Source: Folioceros fuciformis (taxonomy: Eukaryota). Taken from it: 59,378 nt of DNA. The stretch is taken from contig JBNGIO010005465.1 in the NCBI GenBank assembly GCA_049999805.1, positions 1-59,378 on the forward strand, given 5' to 3'. Both the position numbers and the translations under genes were made by a program. How positions within the stretch are numbered: the stretch's first letter is position 1; the number at the start of each line of letters is the position of its first letter. The notes beneath the pieces are model-generated. The model made no database searches and was not told where the DNA came from. It saw only the letters and a list, made by a program, of their open reading frames with translations. Positions 47,089 through 58,533 of this stretch are shown here, one piece after another.

Positions 47089-48585
47089 ATGTCGGGGCCA
47101 GCACGGGGCTCGCTCACGGTGCAGCTGCAGCGAGCTCTGGGACAGGCGCTGAGGAGGAGCAACGGTGGCGGCCAATCGCAAGTTCCGACTGGTGTCCAGC
47201 AGAGGCAAGTTGCGACTCTGGCGTACTTGGAAGATGTGCTGATGTGGGATGAGTCGGGGTTTGGGGACCAGTGTGAGATGGAGCTCCCTAACTTGCATGC
47301 CTACCAGGCTCTGCACAGCGAGCTCGCGACGCTCATCGGTCAGGCGGCGTGCTGCCTGGAACCGCAGCCCGATGCAGTGGCCTTGCAGCCGCCTGCACCA
47401 GCCCCTGCCGATGCCGATGCCGATGCTCTTCAACAAGACTTGAGCATGGGCGAGGTGACGAACATGTTGTTGGATTGTGCTGCGGCAGTGGCCGCACATG
47501 ATGTCAGCAAGGCTACCGAGAGCGTGAACTATTTGAGGCGGTACACCAATCCGGCCGGCTCGCCGTTGCAGCGCATGACGCATTATTTCGTGGAGGCATT
47601 GGTGGCAAGATTGCACGGAACAGGACCAGCACTGTATGCCGTGAAAGGCAGCCTGTACGGGTTCTATTCTTGCAGAGCCTACCAACTCTTGTGCTCAAAA
47701 CTGCCATTATTTTCCATGGCTTACCAGTTCACCAACAGCGTCCTTCTGGACGCATTCAGTGGCGCTCGCCGAGTGCATGTGATCAGCTACGGTATCCTGA
47801 ATGGCCGCCAGTGGCCGAGCTTCATCCGCGAGCTTGTCTACCGCCCCGGAGGGCCGCCTGAGCTGCTGCGGATCACTGGGATAGAGTTCCCCCAGCCTAG
47901 CCTGGACATGGATGACCAGTTGAAAAGGACTGGGGAAAGACTGTCTAAGTTTGCAGCCAGCGTGGGAATTCGCTTCGAATTCCAAGGCTTCGCAGAGTAT
48001 TGGGAGGATGTGCAGGTTTCCTCTTTACGTCTGCACAGGGATGAAGTTCTTGCTGTGTGCTGCACCTACAGGCTCCGACATCTGCCGGACAGCTCGGTGG
48101 TACCGTCTAATCCGAGACGCATTGTGCTGGAGAGAATTCGCAGCATGAATCCCAAGGCTTTTGTCACGGGAGTCAACAACTGCGCTGCCAACGACCACTT
48201 CTTGGTGAACAGGATTCCTGATGCTGTTGGCTATATGGCCAACCTCTTCGACTCGTATGGCCACACGCTGAGCCACCATGAGGAGGAGAGACTGATTCTG
48301 GAGAGAGATATTGCTGCTCGCATTATCATCAATTTTATTGCCTGCGAGGGCTTGGATAGAACTGAGCGAGGCCAGTCCTATCGTCAGTGGCACCGTCTGC
48401 TTAAGAATACTGGTTTCAAACAGATACCTTTACAGGAGAATTGGTTCCAAAGCACTGCTGGTATCATGGAAGGCTACCACCAGGATTTCACCGTCGGACG
48501 TCACAAGGAATGGATTCTTCATGGGTGGAAGGAGAGAATTCTGTGGGCCTTGGGAGCATGGAAACCAGCGCAAACCTCTAGATAG
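47089..48585 (+). CDS. GRAS transcription factor, LISCL/SCL14-like, intronless
   Basis: TLAYLEDVLM N-terminal motif; LLDCAAAVA; GSPLQRMTHYFVEALVARL; VHVISYGILNGRQWP; LRITGIEFPQP; ACEGLDRTER; WKERILWALGAW (SAW motif); first in-frame ATG 47089 (in-frame stop at 46990). Confidence 0.93.
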   Translation: MSGPARGSLTVQLQRALGQALRRSNGGGQSQVPTGVQQRQVATLAYLEDVLMWDESGFGDQCEMELPNLHAYQALHSELATLIGQAACCLEPQPDAVALQPPAPAPADADADALQQDLSMGEVTNMLLDCAAAVAAHDVSKATESVNYLRRYTNPAGSPLQRMTHYFVEALVARLHGTGPALYAVKGSLYGFYSCRAYQLLCSKLPLFSMAYQFTNSVLLDAFSGARRVHVISYGILNGRQWPSFIRELVYRPGGPPELLRITGIEFPQPSLDMDDQLKRTGERLSKFAASVGIRFEFQGFAEYWEDVQVSSLRLHRDEVLAVCCTYRLRHLPDSSVVPSNPRRIVLERIRSMNPKAFVTGVNNCAANDHFLVNRIPDAVGYMANLFDSYGHTLSHHEEERLILERDIAARIIINFIACEGLDRTERGQSYRQWHRLLKNTGFKQIPLQENWFQSTAGIMEGYHQDFTVGRHKEWILHGWKERILWALGAWKPAQTSR

Positions 48586-48961
48586 CTCGCTTATGACTAC
48601 CCAAGAACTCCTGTGGAATGGGGCTCCGTTTTAGCACAGGCTCTGGGAAGTCCACAGCAGCAGGTAGTGACTAGTGATTTTCGTCTTCTTTGATTTTTTC
48701 CCCAATTTTCGTTGTTAGATTCAAATTCATGTTTCATACCCTACTCGCTGGAAAGCGTGCAAGAGAAAAAAAATGCATCGCGGTCACATCATCGTGTCCT
48801 TTGTGTACCATAGATCTGTATGCGTTTCTGGAACTATGGAAATATATGTAAGCATGCATTAAAGCTAGAACTGGTTAGGACTCACGTTAGAGCTGATTAG
48901 GGCCATAGAATCAAGAGTAGGTGATGACCCATCTAAATTTGTAGTCACTCTACATGCTCTA

Positions 48962-49046
48962 ACTCTAAGCAATCCTGCCTACATAGAAGACTCTAAGCAA
49001 TCTTGCCTACATAGAAGACTCTAAGCAATCTTGCCTACATAGAAGA
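48962..49046. repeat. Tandem repeat, 28-bp unit x3
   Basis: actctaagcaatc(c/t)tgcctacatagaag repeated. Confidence 0.9.
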
Positions 49047-50297
49047 TCAAATCATGGAATATCACTACCTGGAGGGATATTAAGCTGTTTTAGTCTCATT
49101 AGACATGTTTATTTTTTAATATATCATGTATTTTTTAATTTAATAATAATATAATATTTAAATCATCTTTTTAATAAAGTAATCATATCCTATTCAAGTA
49201 ATGTTTCTCTTCTTTTGTTTTGATAGTGCATTGGTCTATCAGGGCACTCACTTAACTATAATGGTAAAAACTTTACTTAATACGTATGATATCTAGCAAA
49301 CAAGTATGCCAACTACTACACCACTTCTTCTTCCCACACATTATCTAGATCTTATTAAGTTACATACAGAGGAAATAAATGCAGGGAGGCCCAAGGCAAG
49401 AATGCATTGTTCTACTAGCGCACTCTCATCTTAGTGTGGAATGTGTCGGTCTATAGATGCATTCTGATCTCAATGTGGAGTGTGCTGGCCTATCTACACA
49501 TTCTAGTTAAGCGCTAACTCTAGGTTGAAGTTGGAGCCAAAATTGAAACAACATTTGGGTTTAAGTGAAGATGAGTGGCGAAACTCGTTTTGAGCAAAAC
49601 GAGAAGCTATCGTCAAAAGCATAAGAAATCTAGAAATCAGAGATATGCAAACTGAAGGCCAAGTTGAAGCAGCGGAAGATGAGGTTTATTACTTCTTATT
49701 TCAGACATGCCCAAATGGAAGGCACACACAATACTCGAGTGCGCCGCTAGACTAGCATAGTTGAAGTGCTAGTGCACCAATATGTTAGTGCACTTTTAGA
49801 CCAGTGTGGAAAACATTGTGATACTAGTGAGCTTAAATATTTGACGTAAAACTCAAAAAGTGCGTAAACGTTTTTTGAGTTTATGTGGATATAATATAGA
49901 TCAGATTTATTGGAGTACTTTGAAGCCCCTATTTCTACTTTGTTCAAAAAATCCAACTTGGGTTGTCGAACCAATATTTATCACCGTTTGGAAGAAGAAA
50001 CTAGTCTAAGGATAGAAGGAGCTAAGTAGCGATGCATTGGACTTACTTAAGCCATGTAGGCATGCTCTCACCGGTAAGCACAATGATAGGGTAGCGAGAT
50101 TAGAGGAAGATAGCGAACCAAGTGCACCATCGTCTGCAACATTGGCTTTGGAAATAGATAAGAGAGTAAAAAACAAATGTAATCCTAGTACACCTTGGTG
50201 GTCCTTCAATGCAGTTATGACTAAGGTAGAATGCTTCCAGCAACGATGTGCCACATGTATATTTCGAGGATGAAGGCATTATTGCAGCACAAGGTGC

Positions 50298-51566
50298 AAC
50301 AACAAAATGTAACAAGGCATATGTGGAATAAGGCAAAATCTTGCTAGAAAGAGGTGGAAGAGGTAAAACAGGAGTTTGGCATTCTACCCCGGCATATTAG
50401 GCGTATTTTTGCTTGGTTGCAGGAGGGGCTGGATGACCTGGTGAAACAAGTCTTGCCCCAACACAAGGTGTTAACACCTCATTCATGGGGAGTAGTTGCT
50501 ATGGATAGCAAGAGGGCAGACTCGGACTCGAATGACCAGAGGGCCAGTCCCGAACTGGATAGGGCAATTTTTGTGTCATCCGGTACAGACAAGACAACAT
50601 TGCGGTCCTACAAGGTTATTTCACTTGACACGCTACTTGAGAGGCAAGGTAGGGAGGATGGGGGTATCCGTTGTGGGACACGCCGCTTATCCACAATAGC
50701 CACCACCTCGGAATCCTACATCCAGTGCCTTAGGATGGGCTATTTCGTCCCCTTTATATCCATCTTCACCACCAAAGTATCTTATGCCTTGAGCCCCATC
50801 TCTTGTGCCATCTCCAAGGAGATGTCAAGCTAGGGTTTACCCAGCTCTACCTCGTCCGCGCCCACGGTGGTGCTATAGCCTCCACTTCTACCTCCTGGTT
50901 GCCCACCTTCAGGTCCAGGTCTCTGTGACCAGTGAAACGCTTGTGCGCACGGAAACCGGTGAGGGACTCCTCCTAGAGCCTGCTCCAGCTTTCGGCACTG
51001 GTCTCCCTTGTTGTTGTCCATCCAAACTGGGAGGTCCGGGGTGGCCAGCCATCCTCGCAACTACTCCGCGATTGGGGTCCTTGGAGCTAGGTCCTGCAGC
51101 TTCGCCCTCGCTCCCATCTTCCAAAACACACTCTCAGGCCCTAGGGTTCTACGCACACCCGACCCCAAGAAACAACCTAGCCATTCACCTTTCGCCCACA
51201 ACCAATAGCTAGATCCTGATCCACTTGCCTAGCCTAAATTCCTAACTACTTCCTCACAGAATTCAACCAAAACTCAAAAAAGCAACAAGCACTAGATTTC
51301 TCTAGGGAACCCATTCACCATGTGGACTCCACAACAGGCTTCCTAGAACACGGGAGGAAGGACGGTTGGGTTTATGCATGTCCATGGGAGCGAAATGGCG
51401 CAAGACTAGAGAATGTAGCCCATAGCACCCCATAGCATAGCTCAGGAAGAGGGCTCTTACCTCTCTAAGCATTGAGCCTCACTTGTGTTTACTTATCCGC
51501 TCTAGGTACCCACACATAATCTGAATACCTTTTTCACTAGAAAAAAACAACAAAATGTAACAAGGC
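50298..51566. mobile_element. ~1.2-kb insertion bounded by a perfect 21-bp direct repeat (putative non-LTR target-site duplication)
   Basis: aacaacaaaatgtaacaaggc at 50298-50318 and 51546-51566; short A-run at the right junction. Confidence 0.5.
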
Positions 51567-52119
51567 CCCTACAAGTGGGCTGAACCTAGTTCGAACTACA
51601 ATTTGTTACCACCTTTCCTTATTAACCATCATCACAAAAATGCATAACAAATCATGCATGCATATATGTAGTAGTGTTTGTAATTTTTTTTGTATTCCTT
51701 TTGTACTGAATTTTTCACTCTATAAAACATAAATGTACAAATGAACTTAAAGCTTAATCTAATTATTGGAAGACTTAGAAGAAGTCTATAACACCTTGAA
51801 CTCACTCCTAAATGAAGCAAAATATTAGACCTATTGTTATGCGCAAAGATCTTTATAAAGTGTCTAAAATAGGAAAAGGAAACTTTATTATATATTGAGA
51901 AAAAAGATAAGAAAGTTTTCTATCCAAAAAAAGAAGGAGAACAACCCAACAAGAGCATTCAAAGAGAGGGAACTAGCGTCCACGGTTACAAATTTCAAGA
52001 TTACCAACCACATTAAGAACTTCGTAATCACGGATGTGAAAGAGCCTCCAAAGCCTACTTAATGAGGAATTGAAGAAGTCACATCTCTCAAGTATGTAAA
52101 ATTACGCATGGTTCTATAT

Positions 52120-52219
52120 NNNNNNNNNNNNNNNNNNNNNNNNNNNNNNNNNNNNNNNNNNNNNNNNNNNNNNNNNNNNNNNNNNNNNNNNNNNNNNNNN
52201 NNNNNNNNNNNNNNNNNNN
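52120..52219. other. Assembly gap (100 N)
   Basis: Run of N; acgcatggttctatat is duplicated on both sides. Confidence 0.99.
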
Positions 52220-52549
52220 ACGCATGGTTCTATATCCTTGTCCAACAAGGAATCAAGGAGAGGGGATATACAGGATACAACTTCATAAACATGTTCTTGG
52301 TGGCTTGAAAATGCCATAGCAAGCCCTGACCTAAGCTTTCACATAAATTCCTTACTTCCTTTTCACATCAAACTCTCTTCAAGTCCATGATGAGAAAATT
52401 TTCTCACAATTAATGTTGATCTCGTATGAACTTGTTATGGCACATAAAAGGTTTTATAGGTTAAAAGTTTTCTAACAATTAATGTTGATCTCGTATAATC
52501 TTGTTATGGCACATAAAAGGTTTTATAGGTTAAAGCTTTTAGTTATCTT

Positions 52550-53950
52550 TTAATTAATTTTCAAAGCATATTTTATCATATTTTTATTCTTTGAAAATTG
52601 ATAATACATATAACCAACTATTGATAATATAAATAATGNNNNNNNNNNNNNNNNNNNNNNNNNNNNNNNNNNNNNNNNNNNNNNNNNNNNNNNNNNNNNN
52701 NNNNNNNNNNNNNNNNNNNNNNNNNNNNNNNNNNNNNNCTCAAAATCAAGAGAATTGAGCTCCAAAATATGATCAATTGTAGAATGTAGTATTTGACTCC
52801 TGTGCTTTTTAGAGAAATCCAAAGACACTGCTCGAAGACCAACTAGAGTGCGCTTATAATGTCCAGATCTTACTCTTTTCGTGCAATTGGTATACTCCTT
52901 CATTAGATTGCCCACCCAAACAGAGTTGTCTGTGGGAACAGAAACATTCCTCAATGACTCCACATTCTCTTCAAAATGAGAATGAGATAACTTGTCTTGG
53001 GTCACAATTTCTGCAAGCATTCTTGCGGAATCTGCTTGTTGATCTGTTAAGCCAACAAAAAACATTTGATCTAACCGCCTCTTAGCCACGGAGAGAACAA
53101 CATCTCCTAACGACTTGTACTGTTGTGCACAATGCCGCAAACTTTGAGCATCACTCCTTATAGAATTACTAGTTAGCCCAACTATTTGAAATGTAGCTCC
53201 ATTATGTACAAAGTCTGACGCTACTGGATGCTTTATAAACTCGTGAAGAGGCATAACAATATCCGACCTATTGTAAGGATCATCCATGACTTTTACATCT
53301 TTTCTAACAACTTCATTCACATCAATAGGCTCCTTGCCAACTTGTTCCCCCTCACGTCGAGCTATATCCTCTTCAAAAAAAGGCCCTAGAAACTTCCAAG
53401 GCCAAACACTGAGCACACTTCCAGGGCTGGGGGGTCTGATAGTTTTCCCAAGAAACTCCGCTATTTGCTTGTTCTTTCTCAATATCCCTGCCTCCTCGAT
53501 TGCAAATTCATAAGAACTAAGCACTCGATCCAACGGACTCCGCAAGAGTACAAAGATTGAAGTGTCTGCGGTATTTAATTTTGCAGTGATGCTATAATCA
53601 TCATGGCTCGATAGCAACCTACACTTAGGTCTACTGGTATTGAATCGCCACTTGTCATAAGAACTCTCACATCGCTCATTTAGAAAAAGCTTTTGCACCA
53701 TGCACTGGCCGAACACTCGGCCGCTAGTACGAGGAATATGCAAAAAGAATAGAAGATTCTTCAACTCGGGAGGAAATTCTTGAGCTTGAACATCCACCAC
53801 GTAATCCATCTTAGCATGTTCTTCAGCTGCCCACTCCTCCACAATGTGACGACATAAAGCATGGCCTACATCTTCACCATGCTGCTCGGCCCGAAACAAT
53901 ATAGATAGTAAAAGAACTATACCAAGGAAAAACACACTTATTGATGCCAT
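52550..53950 (-). CDS. TPST: Plant-type protein-tyrosine sulfotransferase homolog, divergent and intronless; C-terminus interrupted by an N gap
   Basis: Signal/anchor; LLFFLHIPRTSGR; SYDKWRFN...CRLLSSHDDYS; RSPLDRVLSSYEF; VWPWKFL; VHNGATFQIVGLTSNS; AKRRLDQMFFVGLT; frame across the gap is not verifiable. Confidence 0.85.
   Translation of the reverse strand: MASISVFFLGIVLLLSILFRAEQHGEDVGHALCRHIVEEWAAEEHAKMDYVVDVQAQEFPPELKNLLFFLHIPRTSGRVFGQCMVQKLFLNERCESSYDKWRFNTSRPKCRLLSSHDDYSITAKLNTADTSIFVLLRSPLDRVLSSYEFAIEEAGILRKNKQIAEFLGKTIRPPSPGSVLSVWPWKFLGPFFEEDIARREGEQVGKEPIDVNEVVRKDVKVMDDPYNRSDIVMPLHEFIKHPVASDFVHNGATFQIVGLTSNSIRSDAQSLRHCAQQYKSLGDVVLSVAKRRLDQMFFVGLTDQQADSARMLAEIVTQDKLSHSHFEENVESLRNVSVPTDNSVWVGNLMKEYTNCTKRVRSGHYKRTLVGLRAVSLDFSKKHRSQILHSTIDHILELNSLDFEXXXXXXXXXXXXXXXXXXXXXXXXXXXXXXXXXXLFILSIVGYMYYQFSKNKNMIKYALKIN
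52639..52738. other. Assembly gap (100 N) inside the TPST 3' region
   Basis: Run of N. Confidence 0.99.
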
Positions 53951-54396
53951 GTTTCTCAACACCTTATTTAGAGACATTACACAATGAGTTGGAATTGGGT
54001 GAAATCCCAAGCTTATCACATAAGAGCTATGCTTAATATTTGTATGCTTGGAACATAAACCCCCAAGAATGTACTAGTTTGCTCTTTTCTCTTTGCTCAT
54101 TGAGTGACGATAAGGAGTGTCTTGTAGTCTTATATAGGGAGATCATTGTCCAAGATTAGAAGTCCTTGTTTAGAGATCATTCTCCAAGATTAGAGGTCTT
54201 CGTTACTAATTTGGATTTAAGTGAACTTGCACTGCTTATGAGATCTTAGTTACTAATTTGGATTTTAGTGGAGTTGTATTGTTCACGAGATCCTAGTAGA
54301 CCTATTGTACTTAACATGGAAGATACTATTTTTCTAAGGCCCAAGTGGGTGCTTAAATCTCACCTACCATCTTAGGAATATCCTTCATAAAATAAT

Positions 54397-54559
54397 GGAT
54401 ATAGCCTCCATTGTGGAGGATTAGAGTTTCTAATCTAAGTAAGATTCTATGAAGGATATAGCTTCCATTATGGAGGATTAGGGTTTCTAATCTAAACAAG
54501 ATTCTATAAAGCATATATCTTCCACTATTGAGGATTAGGCCTTCTAATCTAAATAAGAT
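54397..54559. repeat. Degenerate tandem repeat, 57-bp unit x~3, with internal palindromes
   Basis: ggatatagcctccattgtggaggattagagtttctaatctaagtaagattctatgaa and variants. Confidence 0.8.
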
Positions 54560-54884
54560 GGTTTGTTGTGATGAATGTTAATTATTAATATTATTTTTCG
54601 ATAAATTAAATATTTAGATTATTATTTAATTTTCTAGTTTTTGAAAACAAAACTCTATGACATGATCTTAGTAATGTCACAATTGAAACATGGTGAAAAT
54701 TAAAAGTAGGTCAGGTGAAAGCTAAATATAGAATTGCCTAGATGAAGAAGCAAGTGTGTATGGCAACAAATTGTGTGTTCCAAGAAGAAACTCCTAAGAA
54801 GAAGTTGTAATAACCAACAGTATTTTGAGATGAAAGGAGTGAATGATTCCAACTTTAACATAGGCTTACTACAGAGTATGAAAA

Positions 54885-55145
54885 GCTACGCTAGGGCTGA
54901 GGCCTTACGAGATGTAAGGAGAGGCTAGGGCTAAGGCCTTGAGAGATGCATTAGGGCTAAGGCCTTGAGAGATGCAGTGGGGCTAAGGCCTTGTAAAATG
55001 TACATAGATAGCTTCGAAGTATAAAAGGCTAGCCTAGGGCTATGTCCTTGAGAGATGTACGAGGGCTAAGGCCTTGCAAGATGTACAAAGATAGCTGCGA
55101 AGTATAAAAGGCTAGGCTAGGGCTAAGGCCTTGTGAGATATGCAA
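54885..55145. repeat. Degenerate tandem array of gggctaaggccttgagagatg motifs
   Basis: About 7 imperfect copies with short variable linkers. Confidence 0.8.
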
Positions 55146-56389
55146 AGATAGAGAGAGATAAACAATGATTGTCTCATAGCTTGTGAAGGAGCTCATTTGT
55201 GAGCTTATTGTGGAGGGCTTCCAGAGCAAGCTTGTCAGATAGAATGGAGGTAGTAGCTAGTTGGGGGCGTAGATTGTTAAGAGCTTGGGGAGCAAGCTTA
55301 TGAGATAGAGTCAAGGTAGTAGTCAGTTGGGGTGTAGATTGCCAAACTCTTGTTGTAAGTATCTTTGAGTAGAGAGCAGTATCTTGAGGAGATCGCAAAA
55401 CTCGTATTGTAGGTATCTTTGAACAAAGAGTACTATTCTCGAGGAGGTTGCAGAACTCTTGTTGTAAGTTTCTTTGAATTGAGGAGGTTGCACAACTCTT
55501 GTTGTAAGTATCTTTGAACAAAGAGCAGCATCTCAAGGAGGTGGTCTACGAGTTGTTTGTTGGACAACAAGCTACTTAGGCCCGTTTCACAAGCCCAGTA
55601 TACATCCTGACAGGCCTTATGTGATTGGAGGGTCAATTTGTACCCGATTCACAAGGACTAAATAACCCACACCCTGGCTCTTACATGGATGCCACGATAG
55701 AGTGTTTTTGGATGTCAGAAAACACCAGCCAAGTCGGCCGGTGTTTTCCGATATTTATTATGTATCCTACATTGACCAATGGCACAGCAGGTCAATTCTC
55801 ATTTTTCACGAGTCTTTTACTGTGATGTTATCCAACTTGTATGAAAGGCCGCTTACAGAACTAGCCCGAACACGCCCAAGGTGTGTGAAGGCCGCTCTCG
55901 AGACACCGGATAGGAGGAGAGTGCTTGCCGTAGAGCCGCATTCTTGACGTCATGTGCAGTGTGTAGGGTTTTGCCCATCGTCGCCATGCGCTTGCAGCCT
56001 TGGCATGAGGTAATTCCAAGGTATTCAGTGGCAATCGAGTTTTTGGATGGCACGGGCTCTCCAAAGTTTCTGGCCGACCTTAGCTTCGTGTGTAGGGTTC
56101 TGCCATTGTCGCCACGACAGGGTGCCCTTGACATGAGGTAATTACGAGGTATTGAGTGGCAATCAAGTTTCTAGATGGCATAACAAGCTCTCTAAAGCTT
56201 CTAGTTGACATGATGAGAGGCTCTCTAGTTTGCCAAGTTTCGCTTGGCAGGTTTGCGCTTAGCAGGTTTGTGCGAGGATGAATGGCCTAAGGCAATTACG
56301 AGGTATTGAGTGGCAATCAGCTTTCTAGATGAACTCAGCGGCTCTCAAATAACTCAACAGGTTTGGCAGGTTTCTAGGGTTTTAGGTTT

Positions 56390-57139
56390 GGCCATGGCTG
56401 GGCAACAAGGTCATGGCGGTGAGTCTTCCATGCAGAGACGACCTTCCCAAACTTTTTCAAGTTATCTATTTGGCTTAGGAGGGGAGTGGATAGCTCAAAG
56501 CTACAACTTTGAACAATCCTCTCATACATGGAGCCAACCTCCAAGTCAACAAATATCACAAGGATGCTCCCTTCCTAAGCAACAAGCATTCTCAATGCCT
56601 ATGCTTGGAAGTATCATGCTAGGCTCTGGTTTCAAACGACTTGCACCAAACAATGTCATTGACCTAGAAACCGCTCAGGAGGTTCCAATTTCACAGGACA
56701 CTGACATAGGGTCAAAGAAGCGTAGGGGGAAAAGCAAAAAACACTCGGAACTAGAAGGGGAGGATCAGATTCGGAGGACAAGTGGTGGAAGGGGTCCACC
56801 ACTTGTGGACCCCTTGGACAATGGATTGAACACCATACCATCCACTTGATCCACCTTAGGGGTTCTATGGAGGAGAATTTAAACAAATCGCCCAAGCAAG
56901 GTATCGACGTGTGGAACAAGCTCTACACGAGATTGTGTGCGGTCTGCCCAGATTTCGACAAGGATTCTGAGGCATGTCGTCAAAAGCACAAAAGCCTTAT
57001 GAAGGATTACAGGAAGGACAAAGCAAAGAACGAGACAAGTGGGCATGGAAGGTCTGATAAATGTAAGTTTTTTGACCTCATGGATGAATACCATGGTAAA
57101 CGTATGTGGAGTGAAATCTTGTGTCCAAAGACATCATGA
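56390..57139 (+). pseudogene. Frameshifted Myb/SANT-like (trihelix-type) DNA-binding ORF, probably a PIF/Harbinger ORF1 relic
   Basis: QWIEHHTIHLIHLRGSMEE...DVWNKLYTRL...DSEACRQKHKSLMKDYRKDK...CKFFDLMDEY; basic NLS-like KKRRGKSKK upstream in another frame. Confidence 0.6.
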
Positions 57140-58002
57140 GGTCCACATTCACCCTCTATGTCGTTGTTGTCGTATGATTCGCTCCCAAGGGGATGATTTG
57201 TGCCTAGTGACGCTAACTTCTACCACTACTGACCCTTACCTAAGTCAAGACTCATCTACTACCGCCCTTACTACCTACCAGCTGAACTACTACTACCCCC
57301 AGTTAGCCCAGTTACCACGGACCCTACTCTACAACTGTGGTCGCTGTTTCCACAATCGTGGTGGGTCCCACCTAACTAATATTTTTCTGGTACACGCGCC
57401 ACCATGGGTTTCTGCCCAAGGCTTTCAAACTCACAGATTTGGCTTATTGAATGCTCTTCACACATGCAAATGCCAATCCTTGGGCAACAAGACCCCGCGA
57501 GTCAGCTACACTCCTTCACACACACATGCAAGACTCTTCACACATGCAAAACACACAAGACCTCTAGTTCACACTTGTTTCTCATAGGCCTGATTCCAAA
57601 TGTCTCCAATCTTCTAACAATGTCCACAAATTTCTAGTAATCCCTCAATAATCCTCTATAATCTTCAACAATATCCCACAAACGCCCCAGAAATCTCTTA
57701 GAAATCTTCCAAAAATCATCTCCAATCTCTAGTAATCTTTCACAATCTTCCTCAATCTCTTAGTAATCCTCTTCGGTTAGTTGCAGTTAGTTCTTCTCTT
57801 CAACCTCAATCTCCTGTCTTTCACCTCGCATCATGTTTAGTGATCAGCCACACTTCTTCTCTCTTGTCTCACACCTTGCATCGCTTTCAATGCTTGGCCG
57901 CCGTTCTCTCCTTCTCTTCTCAGCTCACTTACACATATTCTTACTCACCCCTTCAATCTTTGTCTTCACACACACTTCTACACTCAGAAATTTTGGAACA
58001 TA

Positions 58003-58533
58003 GCCAGCAATTTTGGGAATAAGGGAAGGGGAAGCTTCTAAACGTCACAACAAGCGTTATGAGCAAGCTTTAGACCCGCCTCGCGCCAATCCTTCAGCTC
58101 CTCAACAAAACTTGCTCTATCATCCCCCTGTGAAGCAAAGCTCTCGACCATCCCTAGGAGCTTTTCGCACACACTAGGCACCCAGACTAGACGTCTCCAA
58201 TCTAGCCACAAGCAACGTGGGGATCTCAACCGTGAAGTTGTCTCACACACTCCAAATTTCAAAACTCAGCCAGCAAGCATTTTAGGGAATGAGGGAGGGA
58301 GGAGCTTCTGGACGTCAGAGTAGGCGTTACGAGCAAGCTCAAGACCCGCTTCGCGCCAATCCTTAAGCTCCTCTTCCGTTGTCGGCAAAACTTGCTCAAT
58401 CATCACCCTCACCACTAGCCGCGGAGCAAAGCTCTCGACCACACCTAGGAGCTTCTCGCACACACTACCCACCTATACCAGACGTCTCCAATCCAACCAC
58501 ACGCAACGTGAGGATCTCAACTGGGAAGTTGTC
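58003..58533. repeat. Diverged tandem duplication (~240-265 bp x2), probably retroelement LTR/UTR
   Basis: Paired segments ...gggaat..gg...agcttct..acgtca...gcgtta.gagcaagct..agacccgc.tcgcgccaatcctt...; nearby TGTAACACCC...TATAAAAG on the minus strand at ~58589. Confidence 0.6.

Noticed and set aside
46870-47685. 271-aa minus-strand ORF
   Set aside because: Antisense shadow of the GC-rich GRAS coding region
49300-50297. Possible DNA-transposon coding relic
   Set aside because: Fragmentary frames without a recognisable catalytic motif
56007-56332. Spaced ~43-bp repeats resembling a CRISPR array
   Set aside because: Only three degenerate copies, irregular 128/154-bp spacing, and intervening sequences are partly homologous to each other
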